Shown here: positions 1-12,900 of the stretch, piece by piece
Layout: each line of letters begins with the position of its first letter
How positions within the stretch are numbered: the first letter of the stretch is position 1
Assembly: GCA_010909165.1 (NCBI GenBank)
Contig: MU008167.1
Location: 1,737,220-1,789,341 of the forward strand
Source of the DNA: Anthoceros angustus
Lineage: Eukaryota; Plantae; Anthocerotophyta
Length of the DNA stretch: 52,122 nucleotides
Reading direction: 5' to 3'
The notes under the pieces: model-generated
Told to the model about the DNA's origin: nothing
The model's input: only the letters and a program-made list of their open reading frames with translations
The model's database searches: none
Made by a program: the position numbers and the translations under genes

Positions 1-1986
1 CTAGGTTAGGTGCGGAATTACTAATTAACAAAGCGGGAGGGCGAGGAGGAAAATGTAAAAGTAAGCGAGCCCGACCAGCAGCGGCACCATTCAAGCATTG
101 GCATGAAGTCTCCGCAGATGCAACCTTAGAGGACAACCAACATGCATCCTCATAAGTCCTTATTTGCACATGCCATCAGAAGAGGAAGCCACAAAGATTT
201 TGCCTGCTTACCTTTGCACAATCGTCCTAGTCTTGAGGCACTAAGGATTGGTTCGCCGCTGCTCTTTGGACTTGGTGGCCTTCACGCGCTTTTCCTCAAC
301 TTCCTTTGCGCAAGGTCACGTCGGGATGAAGCGTAGGATTGTTCTGATTTTGTGCCCCAGCCCCAAAAGCCGCTTCAAACCAAACTTTCTTCCATGTTGG
401 GAGCGTGCCATGGTGGAAGCGCAAAGCAAACAAGGATGAGGGCATAAGGCGATTACAAAATCGTAAACACGAGCAAAAGGCTGATTACAACAAGAGTGTA
501 CGCCATTTCAAAACCATATCTCGATTTCAAAACTTGAAAGGGTTTTGAAACCGTATCTCTTCAAAACATGAAGGTTTCAAACCCAACAGGTTTCCAAACC
601 GACATGCTCCATGTAGATGAGGCTGTGGCGTTGGCATACCTTTCGGAACATTGATGCTCGAACCAGGCTTGGTGCGCAGCTGCACTGCCGCCCGCTTGTG
701 GGTTGCCTTGGCGAAAGACCTCGCGATCGGAGGCCTTCGTGCAAGTCCTCTGTTCCTAAACCATCAAGTGCTAGGAAGTTGCGCTCACCCCATGCCGTGC
801 CCTCAAGCTGCCCTCAAATGTGCTGCAGTTCGGTGCGGTGCAAACAAAACCCTAAATAGAGCTTTGCTTGCGAATGCTCTAATTATTCAATCCCAGTATG
901 TTACATATATAGTTGTCCGAAGGTGTAATTCTCGATAGCGGTTTCTCAAATCTCGATCATGGACTTCAACATCCGGAATTTGATGAAATATTAAGATAAT
1001 TTGGACACTATTTATTAGGGCACCTAGAAGTGTCTAGATTAATATTTAATTAAATCTGGGGCTAGAAGTAGTCACTCATTTTAGCTAATTGGTTATTTTG
1101 GTTACAACTACTAGTAACTACCTAGACTTTATAAACACTTGTACTATTGTTTATCGCTTAATGCTAGAGATACTTTGAGCAAGTGTGATGATTATGGGAG
1201 GAAAATCCTAGGGCTTCCGAGATTCACCCTCTAGTGGCCACACTTATTCCATCGCTCGATGCGTTGGGTTTCGTCCCATGAGACTTGTGTGGATAGCCGG
1301 ATTCTAAGAGATCAATCGTTGCCTTCACCCATTCACAACCTCACCCCCTCAACAAGCAAGGCGCCTCTAACTCTCCCTCTACAGTGCACCACTTGCCTTG
1401 CTCATTCACCAACTCCCGACCTACGACACAACAGTAGGCCATGCCTCAGTGGAAAGGAGTCCACCACGGCGCCCGAGTTTGAGGTGCTGAAGCGTTTGAT
1501 CAAAGTTTAGTGCTTTACTAATGGATACAATTGATTACAAGAGGTGGGCTTTTATAGCCTGTGTATGAAGAGTTGTACCTCTTCGGTACAAGATACCAAA
1601 GGTTATGACCACGCTTGGTTAAGCTAAGCTAACCATAACCAACGCGGTATGTACTTCTAACTCTCCCTCTCATACTAGTTGGGTTATCTAAATCAAAGAA
1701 CTAATAATCATTTGCCGCTGGAGTATTGTATGAGTACTAAGATCTTCAACTAAACTCAACTCACCGATCGTCACCGGTCGCAAGTAAGATTGAAGCAAGC
1801 GGTCTAATAGCTCAACTTCAAGCGAGCGTTACGAGATAAGATCGCCTCACCAAATGTGTGATTGGTCCAAGTGCAAAAAGTCTGATCAACCAATCCAAGC
1901 CCTTCTCTGGGCAGTGTTTGAACTTCGGCAAGGATTTTGTCGATTATATCTTGTATTGTCATCTGTGGGTACATACCTTAACAATT
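1..1986. repeat. Duplicated block, copy 1 (copy 2 at ~5757-7705)
   Basis: CTAGGTTAGG..GGAATTACTAATTAACAAAG at 1 recurs at 5757. Similarity runs colinearly to CCTTAACAATTCC (~1986 and ~7705), differing mostly by small indels. Confidence 0.93.
1194..1475 (-). mobile_element. 3' end of a giant-LTR gypsy-family LTR, truncated (duplicate at ~6914-7200)
   Basis: Reverse complement of ~37210-37492, sharing ATAAGTGTGGCCACTAGAGGGTGAATCTCG and ending in TTTTCCTCC. Confidence 0.85.
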
Positions 1987-4500
1987 CCTCTCTCACGGTG
2001 TGAATAGAATGGTGTTGAATCTCAATATGCTTCGTGCGCATGAAAGACGGATTAGCGACAAGAGCAATGGTGACATATTGTCACAATTAAGCCATTGGCC
2101 CTTCACCTTCATATCCAAATCTTCACATAGCTTTCTTTCCCATTCAGCCTCTTTCGTGGCTTAGTGAGTGCTTTGTACTCGATTTTGATGAAAGTGATAT
2201 TGCAGCTTGTTTCTACAAGACCAATTAACAACAGTGGAGCCAGCAAGGAAGCAATATGCTGAGATACTTTTCGGGTGTCAGTGTCTGAAGCCCAATCTGC
2301 ATCGACAAAGCATGTCAGTAGCAGATGCTTCTTTCCACTAGGCTTGAAGCAAAGGCCATAATTTGGAGTACCCTTGAGGTACCGCATGATGTGCTTGAGA
2401 GCAACCCCGTGATCCTTTCTGGATTCTCGAGGCGAGCAATAGCATTTTATGTTGAGATATCAGTGCAGTGCGATTACTCAAGAACATGAGAGTACCAACT
2501 CCCATATGATAAGGAATATTTTCCATCTCTTTCTTTTCTTGATTGGGCAGATGAGATAAGCTTAACACCCTGGCTCCGGTGTGGCGGCCCATTCTCCAAA
2601 TTAAAGTGTTTTAACATACCAGCTACATATCTTCCTTGGTGGAGATAGATAGCACCGATGGTATCTCTATGTACATGCATACCAAGAATATATTTAACTT
2701 TGCCGAGATCCTTTATCTCGAATTCTTTACTAAGGTCACTTTAATCTTGTTAACTAGTTCAATATTGTTGCGGGAATAACTAAGTCATCAACATATAGTG
2801 CAACCAGACAAGGAGCTGTGAGTACATAGATATTGGTGTATACTTCACTTTGGATAAAACCTATCTTCGTGAGGTAAGAATCCATTCTCTCATACCATAA
2901 GCGTGGGCTTTGCTTTAGTTCGTAAATAGAATGAATAAGTTTACACACCTTGTTTGGGTATTGCTCATCTTCATAGTCTTCTGGTTGATCCATATAGATC
3001 TCTTCTTGCGATGACCATAAAGGAAAGCGACAAACATCAAGTTGATAAATTTCCAGTTAAGCTCGGCACATAAAGCCGGAGCATTCTCACCAGGCACCTT
3101 GACTACATGTGAATAAACCTTATCTACGATAGTCCACTCCCTCTTTCGACTATAACCTTAGCCACTAGTCTCGCCTTATAGCGAATCGAGGTTCAACCTC
3201 ACGGAATTTAGTTTTGAGAACCCACTTGCATTTGTGATGGTTACGCCTTTAGGCAAGTTTACTAGAGTCCAAGTATTGTTTTGATAAGAGAATTATATTC
3301 ATCATCAATAGCGAACTTCCACTTAGGCATCAATCGAATATGCCTCTTGAAGAGTGAGAGGATCTCCCTCTGAAGGGGCAACATTGAAGGCGTTGAAATG
3401 ACCTACAGCAGTGGTGGTGTAGCCAGTTTGATTGAACTCTAAATCAAAGGGGATCTCATTCCAAAGGTGTCTCGGTTGACGATGACGTGAAGGATATCTT
3501 CGCTCAGGGGCTGGATCAAGTATTACAGGAGAGGGTGGAGCAGGAACAGTCTCTGGTCTTGTGGATTAAGAGCACCAAAGTCTTCTCTATTTTCATAAGG
3601 ATTAACAATGGCCTGTTCATCTTCCCCCTCTCGAGTAGGAACTATAGGGATGGATGCTGCTTGAGGTGAAGAGGCAAGGAGGGAGCAAGGTGAAGACTAG
3701 AGTCGGGAAAACAAAGGGTGAAAAACTCGGTCATAAGGTCACAGGTTGGAAGAAGCGTGTTGCAAGGAGCCAGTAATCCATGGACGCCGAGCAGCGGATG
3801 TTAACCTCGAAACAAAGGTTTCGAGGTTTTGCGGTGAAAGAGGAGCTCACATTCGACGCCCACCAGAGAGAGCGGCTGATTACAGGCCAAAGAGGTTTGT
3901 ATGAGTGAAAAAATTGTTTGAGGGCTCAAAGTTGTTCTACTTGGTGCAAGGAGGATGAAAATGCAAGCAGGGGACTTGCGGGAGGAAGGACCACAAACCC
4001 GACCAGTGGCGTCTGCTGAGTGGTGGTGACAAGGAGGAAAGAGACAACGAAGAAGATGAAGACGCGAAGACTTTTGCGAAAATGGAAAGGATTGGAATGC
4101 ATCGCAACCTATCAGCTTATTTTAGATTCGAAGCCACCCAAGCACGATGAGTCTCAAATCGCATGAAGGATCTTTGTAGAGGAAGACTTTTGAGAGACGG
4201 AAGAGGTTTTTGAAGCTGTGAGATCATGATTTCCTTTCGATGTAAGAAACCATAGCTGTGGGCAAGGAAGTTTCCGGACTGGCGCCGGCTAGCCGGCGCC
4301 AACAAAGACCTTTTTGTTTCATGGATTGTTGAATCTGTAGTTTTCCAAGAAAAAGGGTTTTTAGCATGGTGCAGTTAACTGTGGATTCGCCATAATGCGC
4401 ATTTCCGGAACGATGTCTTTTTTGTGAAGGGGGTTTCGAAAGTGTGGAAGGGGGTTCATATATTAATCCCCTTCTAGGATTATCATGTTCTTTGTTTCGT
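1476..4500 (-). mobile_element. Ty1/copia element A, 5'-truncated: IN-RT linker, RT, RNase H, PPT and remnant 3' LTR (~1476-1661)
   Basis: Minus-strand motifs RRYPSRHRQP, KWKFAIDDEYNSL, LKQSPRLWYER, VALYVDDLVI, RYLKGT and FVDADWASD. Purine tract TGAGAGGGAG at 1663-1672. No gag or integrase core seen; the 5' limit near 4500 is uncertain. Confidence 0.88.
1880..3345 (-). pseudogene. Copia reverse transcriptase-RNase H, frameshifted
   Basis: ORF-track fragments 2754-2993 (YVDD), 2474-2680, 2338-2592 (IPY..GVG.LM) and 2109-2387 (YLKGT, DADWA). Confidence 0.92.
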
Positions 4501-4549
4501 CAATTTTAGTCTCAGGCTATATATGTAGGGTTTTGTATCAGTCCAATAT

Positions 4550-6170
4550 CATTGAACCGTTGAGTTCCAAGTTGCAGCAAAATCTACAATTTGTTGTGCA
4601 CTTGCTTGGGAACTTGGTGCGAGGAGATATGGCGCATCGTGATGCTACTGCTTTGGACCCCAAGTCGTAGCGATGGGGGCCCCGATATGGCAACATTGTG
4701 GGAGAACCTCACGACGGTTGTGGGCGGTGCTGTCCTCTCCGCCATTGGCAAGCGCATTTCGCCGAGCATGCGTGCGACGGTGGTACTACGATGAGGTCGC
4801 CTCTTTTCTTGGAGGAGCATGCGCAAAATTTAATGATCGGGATGTGGAGTCGTCCCACTACAATGTGCGTTGTGGCGCCCGTTGAAGAGAGGCCTAGGAG
4901 CTCAAGGGGTCGGAGATGGATTTGTCCTTCCTTCCACGGAGATATTGCGATTTATTTTGTGTGCGATCCGAGCTTGAGGCGGAGTGCCTTGTGGGTTCCC
5001 GACACCACGCGTTCGCAGGCCACACGGTGGCGGCTACATTGTTGTCGCCGAGACAGTCCGCTGGATGGGAGGATCCAATGGTATCACTAGATTCTTGCAT
5101 TTTCAATCTAGTGACCAAGACGTCTGAGGAGTTACTGTCTTTGAATCGAGCCGGGTTGGCGGTCCCGCTACGGAGTGTGCAAGTAGTAGTACGCGGATGG
5201 GTTCAACATTTTGTACTTCACCACGTTAGTGGGGTGAAGTTCGAGCCTCGATGTATAATGCACCTGGCGGGCATATGTTTGATTACCTTTCAATGCCCGG
5301 CCGATTCGATCAACCAGAGCTTGATGCGGCTCATCCCATCCACGGAGCTCCACCTCGGTGAAGGACCAAAAGAAAAAGTGAACAATTTGGCGTGACGAGA
5401 TCGCGATCGGTCCCAAGCCATCCTTGTCGAAAGCCTCTTGAGTTGATCGGTCGACTTATCGATAGCGCCTCCACTAGGCCTCGTGGGTCTTCCTCCACCG
5501 AGATGGAGGTGGACTTGAGGCCTTCTTGCATTTAGCACTCTCGCCCGGGGACATCTCCTCCTCCTCGCTTTGGAATCGGATCCAGCGGTTGGCGATCGGC
5601 GGAGCGGGTCTTGGCTTGCTCGTTGTTGCTTCCTCTTGCCAACCTTGCCTACTTCTCTAGGATCGAGACAACCAAAACGTCCTTGCTCCGTGTGCCTCCA
5701 ACCAATGCACAAGGCAAAATCTCCATGTTCTTAGTCACCACGCGGCGGCTAAGGCACTAGGTTAGGGTGGGAATTACTAATTAACAAAGGGAGGGCCGGA
5801 GGAGGAAAATGTAAAAGTAAAAGCGCATCCGACCAAGCAGCACCGTTGCCATAGCTTGCATTGGCATGAAGTCTCCGCATGATGCAACCATAGAGGACAA
5901 CCAACATGCATCCTCATAAGTCCTTATTTGCATGCCATCGAGAGGAAGCCACAAAGATTTTGCTTACCTTTGCACAATCGTCCTAGTCTTGAGGCACTAA
6001 GGATTGGTTAGCGCGGATGCTCTTTGGACTTGGTGGCCTTCACTTTTCCTCAACTTCCTTTGCAAGGTCACGTCGGGATGAAGCGTGGGATTGATTTTGT
6101 GCCCCAGCCCCAAAAGCCGCTTCAAACCAAACTTTCTTCCATTGGGAGGCGTGCCATGGTGGGCGCAAAG
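4550..6170 (-). pseudogene. Unknown, possibly spliced minus-strand gene (partial copies at 1-411 and ~12725-13620)
   Basis: Coding-like peptide IVHFFFWSFTEVELRGWDEPHQALVDRIGRALKGNQTYARQVHYTSRLELHP (5168-5416). Upstream are a GTAAGC donor-like site (~210 and ~5967) and a pyrimidine tract ending CTAACCTAG (at 1 and 5757). No family recognised. Confidence 0.35.
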
Positions 6171-7705
6171 CAAACAAGGATGAGGGCATAAGGCGATTAC
6201 AAAATCGTAAACACGAGCAAAGACTGATTACAACAAGAGTGTCGCCATTTCAAAACCATATATTTCGAAACCGTATCTCGATTTCAAAACATGTCAAGGT
6301 TTCAAACCAAGGTTTCAAACCGACATGCTCCATGTGAGGGCGTGGCGTTGAAAGCTGCATACCTTTGGAACATTGATGCTCGAACGGCTTGGTGCGCGCA
6401 CAGTCGGCTGCCCGCTTGTGGGTTGCCTTGTGAAAGACCTCGCGATCGGAGGCCTTGTGCAAGTCCTGCTCCTAAACCACTAAAGTGCTAGGAAGTTGCG
6501 CTCACCCCATGCCGTGCCCTCAAGCTGTGCCCTCAAATGTGCTGCAGATTGTGCGGTGCAAAACAAAACCCTAAATAGAGCTTTGCTTGCGAATGCTCTA
6601 ATTATTCAATCGATTATGTTACATATATAGTTGTCCGAAGGTGTAATTCTCGATAGCGGTTTCTCAAATCTCGATCATGGACTTCAACATCCACGGAATT
6701 TGATGAAATATTAAGATAATTTGGACACTATTTATTAGGGCACCTAGAAGTGTCTAGATTAATATTTAATTAAATCACAAGTAGAAATAGTCACTCATTT
6801 TAGCTAATTGGTTATTTTGGTTACAACTACTAGTAACTACCTAGACTTTATAAACACTTGTACTTTTGTTTTATCGCTTAATGCTAGAGATACTTTGAGC
6901 AAGTGATGATTACGTGGGAGGAAAATCCTAGGGCTTCCGAGATTCACCCTCTAGTGGCCACACTTATTCCACATCGCTCGATCGTTGGGTTTCATCCCAT
7001 GAGACTTGTGTGGATAGCCGGATTCTAAGAGATCAATCGTTGCCTTCACCCATTCACAACCTCACCCCCCTCAACAAGCAAGGCGCCTCTAACTCTCCCT
7101 CTCAGTGCACCACACCACTTGCCGCTCAGTCACCAACTCCCGACCTACGACACAACACAATAGGCCATGCCTCATGGAAAGGAGTCCACCACGCGCCCAG
7201 TTTGAGGTGCTGCGGGCGTTTGATCAAAGTTTAGTGCTTACTAATTGATGCAATTGATTACAAGAGGTGGGCTTTTATAGCCGGTGTCTGAAGAGTTGTA
7301 CCTCTTCGGTACTAGATACCAAAGGGTATGACCACGCTGGGTTTAGCTAAGGTAACCATAACCAGCACGGTCTGTACTTCTAACTCTCCCTCTCAGACTA
7401 GTTGGGTTATCCAAAGAACTAATAATCATTTGCCGCTGGAGTATTGTATAAGTACTACGGTCTTCAACTAAACTCAACTCAGCGATCGTCACGTCATAGT
7501 AAGATTGAGCAAGCGGTCTACAATAGTCAACTTCAAATGGCGAACGTTACGAGATAAGATCGCCTCACCAAATGTGTGTGATTGGTCCAAGTGCAAAAAG
7601 CTGATCAACCAATCCAAGCCCTTCTCTGTGGGCGGTGTTTGAACTTGCAAGGATTTTGTCGATATGCTTTGTATTGTCATGGGTACATATATACCTTAAC
7701 AATTC
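5757..7705. repeat. Duplicated block, copy 2, including the gypsy LTR end and the copia A 3' end
   Basis: Colinear with 1-1986. Confidence 0.93.
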
Positions 7706-7879
7706 CCGGCCGATTCGATCAACCGAGCTTGATGCGGCTCATCCCATCCACGGAGCTCCACCTCGGTGAAGGACCAAAAGAAAAAGTGAACAATTTGGCG
7801 TGACGAGATCGCGATCGGTCCCAAGCCATCCTTGTCGAAACTCTTGAGTTGAGAGCTCAATCTTTAATGCTGCCCTTCA

Positions 7880-8130
7880 AACCCTATGCATTTGTCGCTG
7901 TGCTCGAATGCGGCAGGCCTACTAACTTTTTTGTTGCCAACTGGCTGGTGTGGGACATGTGTGCAAGATCTGGCGAGTTGAAAGATGCGCGGTTTTATCA
8001 GCATGGCCACAAAAGGATGTCGTAATGTGGAATGCCCTTGGATTTGGTCATGCAAAATGTGATGAGCTGAAACATCACACTACGTTTTTGACAAGTTGAG
8101 GCACAAGGATATGGTGAAAGGGAATGCCTA
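7880..8130 (+). pseudogene. PLS-class pentatricopeptide repeat (PPR) gene fragment
   Basis: Across frameshifts it reads NFFVANWL..DMCARSGELKDAR..WPQKDVVMWNALGFGHAKC..FDKLRHKDMVKGNA. This fits the PLS consensus N.LVDMYAKCG.L.DAR.VF..M..KDVV.WNA.I.G.AK. Confidence 0.8.
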
Positions 8131-8160
8131 AGGATCTAGCTCTTGTCGGAGTAGGTTGCA

Positions 8161-8335
8161 GATGCTTACGATGCTAAGGGAAGATGCTTAGGATGCTAAG
8201 GATGGATGATTAGGATGCTAAGGATGGATGATTAGGATGCTAAGGATGGATGATTAGGATGCTAAGGATGGATGATTAGGATGCTAAAGGCAGATGCTGA
8301 GGATGCTAAGCGCACATAGCGCTAAGGATGGTAAG
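8161..8335 (+). repeat. 22-bp minisatellite GATGCTAAGGATGGATGATTAG
   Basis: Four perfect units with degenerate flanking units. Confidence 0.95.
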
Positions 8336-8617
8336 GGCAGGGCTGGCTCCCTCCCACAAAGCCAACATTATCCGAACCAAATTGTAAAGTTTGAAACATG
8401 AAAGACAAATCAAAAAGTAGTTTGAGTTATTTGAGTAGTCCGAATACATTATATAATATTAAAAATAATTTAGATTGATTGAAGAAATTCTTGTCACTTT
8501 AAATAATTTTCAATAATAAATTATGATTAATGATCCTTGATTATTTAATTATAGTTTGAATTTTGAAACCCAACATGCTCACATGTCCTAGTGCCATAGG
8601 GTGACATGTGTGGCACG

Positions 8618-9992
8618 TGTGGAGTGAAAAAGTTTGGTCATCTAGGTAGGATATAGGAAAGTCGCATAGGTAGGAGGTTGTTGACCAGTGTAGCAGGATC
8701 GTGATTCGAGACGTCATATACGGCTGGTAGGATGTTGGGAGGTCGGTAGTAGGAATGGGACTTTGAATTTTTCCAATAGGGTACTAACCCTTGAAACTCG
8801 TAGGCTAACAGCGGTACTTAGTTTTATAAGCAAAAGTCCTTGGACCTTGGTAGGTCGTGGTAGGAAAAAGTACCTTGATCCTCAGAGGATGCGGTAGGTG
8901 ACCCTTGGCCTTCGGGTAGGAAAAGTTGGAGCGATTATTTCGAAGAGCAAGGAAGGCAACTTCCTTGGTCCTCGAAATTGAGCATCTTGAGGACTATATA
9001 TGCAAAGGCGGATATAGCAAATCAAGTTTTGAATGGAAGCACCATCGATGGTGCCACGTGGCGGACATCGCGGTCGCTGGAGAAATCCCTACTAAAATCA
9101 TGCATGACTGCAAAACCCTCAAGAAGCTGTGGTTTGGTCGTTTGGGAAGTAAAGCGGAAGGAGACGGCATGAGCAAGAGGGGAAGACGCTGCGGCATGAG
9201 CTGAAGAAGGAGTTTTCATGAAAGAGGACGGTCTAGCGATTTCGAGGAGAGGAGAAGGGAACCACCCATGTTTGGAGCAAGAACGACGAAGGCGTGAGGA
9301 GGCTTGTGACTTTTCTAAGGAGGCGAGGCCAGCGGGGGAGGCTCAGCAAGAAGAGCTTAGAGGCTGTGAGGAAGAGTGGGTGCTAGGTGGTGTCCAATCC
9401 ATCCATGCCGAGGAGTGTGCGCGGTTGCGAGCCACAAGAGCGGAGGCCGGTGCCCGAGGGGCGTCACGGTCAAGTCATCCTAGAACGTGGAAGGTGCGCC
9501 ATTTCCAGCAAGCGTGCTTGATACCCGAGGCGCACAAAGGAGGAATCATCCCATCGGCCCGCTTTTCCAAGAATCGATTTTGAAAGCGACCATGGATATG
9601 TTCCTCGACCCAAGGAGGAAGTTTGGTCTCGGTAATGGTTGGCGAGTTTCCATGTTCAAGGAGAGGAAGTGGAATCTCTTCGCCAAGATTTGGTGGGATT
9701 GATCTGTATGGGAAGACCTACATAGGCAATTCCCACCTTATGATGATCTATGAGATGTCCAAGGGCAAGTTGGTAGATTGGGCAAGCATTCTCTATGAGC
9801 GGTGGTGGCTCATAGGAATCATTTGATGAGTGAGGAGGCCAAAATCAGTTTGTCTCCACCTTCCTAGTGCATCTATACCATAGGGAGGAGTTCTAAAGGA
9901 GGAGGAACTGGAGGAAGCTAAGATAGAAGCTTCCTTGGTCCGAGTGGTGGAAGGAGAGCCATCCATGGCAGCAGAGGACCGGGAGGTAGGCA
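8618..9992 (+). mobile_element. Truncated giant-LTR family LTR with 5' part of the LTR-borne ORF
   Basis: Starts TGTGGAGTGAAAAAGTTTGG, matching the TSD-defined LTR start at 18915. Encodes NGWRVSMFKERKWNLFAKI and HLMMIYEMSKGKLVDWASILYER. Confidence 0.65.
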
Positions 9993-12900
9993 TCGTCACG
10001 TCATAGTAAGATTGAGCAAGCGGTCTACAATAGTCAACTTCAAATGGCGAACGTTACGAGATAAGATCGCCTCACCAAATGTGTGTGATTGGTCCAAGTG
10101 CAAAAAGCTGATCAACCAATCCAAGCCCTTCTCTGTGGGCGGTGTTTGAACTTGCAAGGATTTTGTCGATATGCTTTGTATTGTCATGGGTACATATATA
10201 CCTTAACAATTCCTCTCTGTCACGAATATAATGGTGTTGAATCTCAATATGCTTCGTGCGCGCATGAAAGACGGATTAGCGACAAGAGCAATGGCGACAT
10301 ATTGTCACAATTAAGCAGCATTGGCCCTTCAGCTTCATATCCAAATCTTCACATAGCTTTCTTTCCCATTCGGCCTCTTTCGTGGCTTGAGTGAGTGCTT
10401 TGTACTCATTACATTGATAAGTGATATTGCAGCTTGTTTTCTACAAGACCAATTAACCATGGAGGCAAGAAAGCAATATGAGATACTTTTCGGTGTCGTG
10501 TCAGCCCAATCGCATCGACAAAGCATGTCGATGGCGGATGCTTCTTTCTGGAAGCGAGGCCATAATTTGGAGTACCCTTGAGGTGCGCTTGAGCAACAGC
10601 GGTGATCCTTTCACAATTCTCAGAACGAGCAATAGCATTTCTGATGTTGAGATATCGTGTCAGTGCGATTACTCAAGAACGTACCAACTCCCATATGATA
10701 AGGAATATTTTCCATCTCTTTCTTTTCTGATTGTGGCGGTAGCGGATAAGCTTAACACTCCGGTGTGGCCCGCCGTGCATTCTCCAAATTGAAGCGTTTT
10801 AACATACCACATATCTTCCTTGATGGAGATAGATAGCACCATGGTATCTCTATGTACATGCATACCAAGAATATATTTAACTTTGCGAGATCCTTCATCT
10901 CGAATTCTTTACTAAGGTCGACTTTAATCTTGTTAACTAGTTCAATATTGTTGCGAATAACTAAGTCATCAACATATAGTGCAACCAAGGAGCTGTCCTT
11001 GTGAGTACATAGATATTGGTGTAGCTTCACTTTGGATAAAACCTATCTTCTTGAGGTAAGAGTCCATTCTCTCATACCATAAGCGTGGGCTTTGCTTTGG
11101 TTAGTAAATAGAATGAATAAGTTTACACACCTTGTTTGGGTATTGCTCATCTTCATAGTCTTACGGTTGATCCATATAGATCTCTTCTTGCAGATGACCA
11201 TAAAGCGGTACAAACATCAAGTTGATAAATTTCAGTTAAGCTCGGCACATAAAGCCGAGCATTCTCGCAGGCGACCTTGACTACATGTGAATAAACCTTA
11301 TCGCCGATAGTCCACTCCCTCTTTGACTATAACCCTTAGCCACTAGTCTCGCCTTATAGCGAATCGAGGTTCAACCTCCACGGAATTTAGTTTGAGAACC
11401 ACTTGCATTTGTGATGGTTACGCCTTTAGGCAAGTTTACTAGAGTCCAAGTATTGTTTTGATAAGAGAATTATATTCATCATCAATAGCGAACTTCCACT
11501 TATTGCATCGGTCGAATATGCCTCTTGAAGAGTGAGAGGATCTCCCTACGAAGGGGCAACATTGAAGCGTTGAAATGACCTCGGCGGTGGTGGTGGCTTG
11601 ATTGAACTCTAAATCAAAGGGATCTCATTCCAAAGGTGTCTTGGTTGACGATGACGTGAAGGATATCTTCGCTGTTGGATCAAGTATTACGGGAGGGTGG
11701 AGGCGAGAATAGTCTCGGTCTTGTGGATTAAGAGCACCAAAGTCTTCTCTATTTTCATAAGGATTAACAATGGCTTGTTCATCTTCCCCCTCTCGAGTAG
11801 GAACTATAGGGATGGATGCTGCTTGAGGTGAAGAGGCCAGGGAGGGAGCAGAAGGTAGAAGACTAGAGTCGGGAAAACAAAGGGCTGAGTCAAAAACTCG
11901 TCCATAAGGTCACAGGTCGGAAGAAGCGATGTTATGCGAAGGAGCAGTAGAATCCATGGGCCTTGAGCAGCGGATGTTAACCCTAGAAACAAAGGTTTCG
12001 AGGTTTTTGCAGGAAAGAGGAGCTCACATTCGGCCCACGGAGAGAAGCGGCTGATTCACAGGCCAAAGAGGTTGTATGAGTGAAAAAATTGTTTGAGGGC
12101 TCAGTTGTTCTACTTGGTGCAAGGAGGATGAAAATGCAAAGCAGGGGACTTGGGGAGGAAGGACCACAAACCTGGACAGCGTATGGCGGTCTGCAGTGGT
12201 GGTGACAAGGAGGAAAGAGACAACGAAGAAGATGAAGACGAAGACTTTTGCGGAAAATGGCAGCCACGATGATTGGAATGCATGCAACCCTAGCGATTAT
12301 TTTAGATTCGAGAAGCCACCCAAGCACGGTATGAAGTCTCAAATCATCGCATGAAGGATCTTTGTAGAGGGAAGACTTTTTGGAAGGGACAAGAGGTTTT
12401 TGAAACCGTGAGATCATGATTTCCTTTCGATTACTTGTAAGAAACCATAGGCGGCAAGGAAGTTTCGGATGGCGGCCAGCCGCGCCAACAAAGACCTTTT
12501 GTTTCATGGATTTTTGAATCAGAAGCGTTTTCAAGAAAAGGGTTTTAGCATGGTGCGATTAATCGTGGATTGCCATAATCGCATTTCGGAGCGATGTCTT
12601 TTTGTGAAGGGGTTTTTTGAAAGTGTGGAAGGGGTTCATATATTAATCCTTCTAGGATTATCATGTTCTTTGTTTAGGTCAATTTTAGTCTCGAGCTATA
12701 TATGTAGGGTTTTGTATTAGTCAATATCATTGAACCGTTGAGTTCCAAGTTGCAGCAAAATCTACAATTTGTTGTGCACTTGCTTGGGAACTTGGTGCGA
12801 GGCGAGATATGGCATCGGTGATGCTACGGCTCCATTTTGGACCCCAAGTCGTAGCGATGGGGGCCCGATATGGACACAACATTGTGGGAGAACCTCCAGC

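Noticed and set aside
505-600. TTTCAAAAC-type repeats as DNA-transposon subterminal repeats
   Set aside because: No terminal inverted repeat, TSD or transposase could be identified.
848-856. AAACCCTAA telomere-like motifs (also ~18139 and 35701)
   Set aside because: Single units only, not an interstitial telomeric array.
1656-1672. Copia LTR apparently starting AG rather than TG; the same 15-mer TCTAACTCTCCCTCT occurs at 1366
   Set aside because: The two observed copies are duplicates, so one mutation or error explains it; the 15-mer is low complexity.
4916-5395. Plus-strand 159-aa ORF as a LINE ORF1 (DUF4283)
   Set aside because: No convincing motif, and no adjacent endonuclease, non-LTR RT or poly(A) tail.
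8161-8335. CRISPR-like appearance of short repeats (also 21697, 32413 and 51525)
   Set aside because: Head-to-tail units with no unique spacers and no cas genes.
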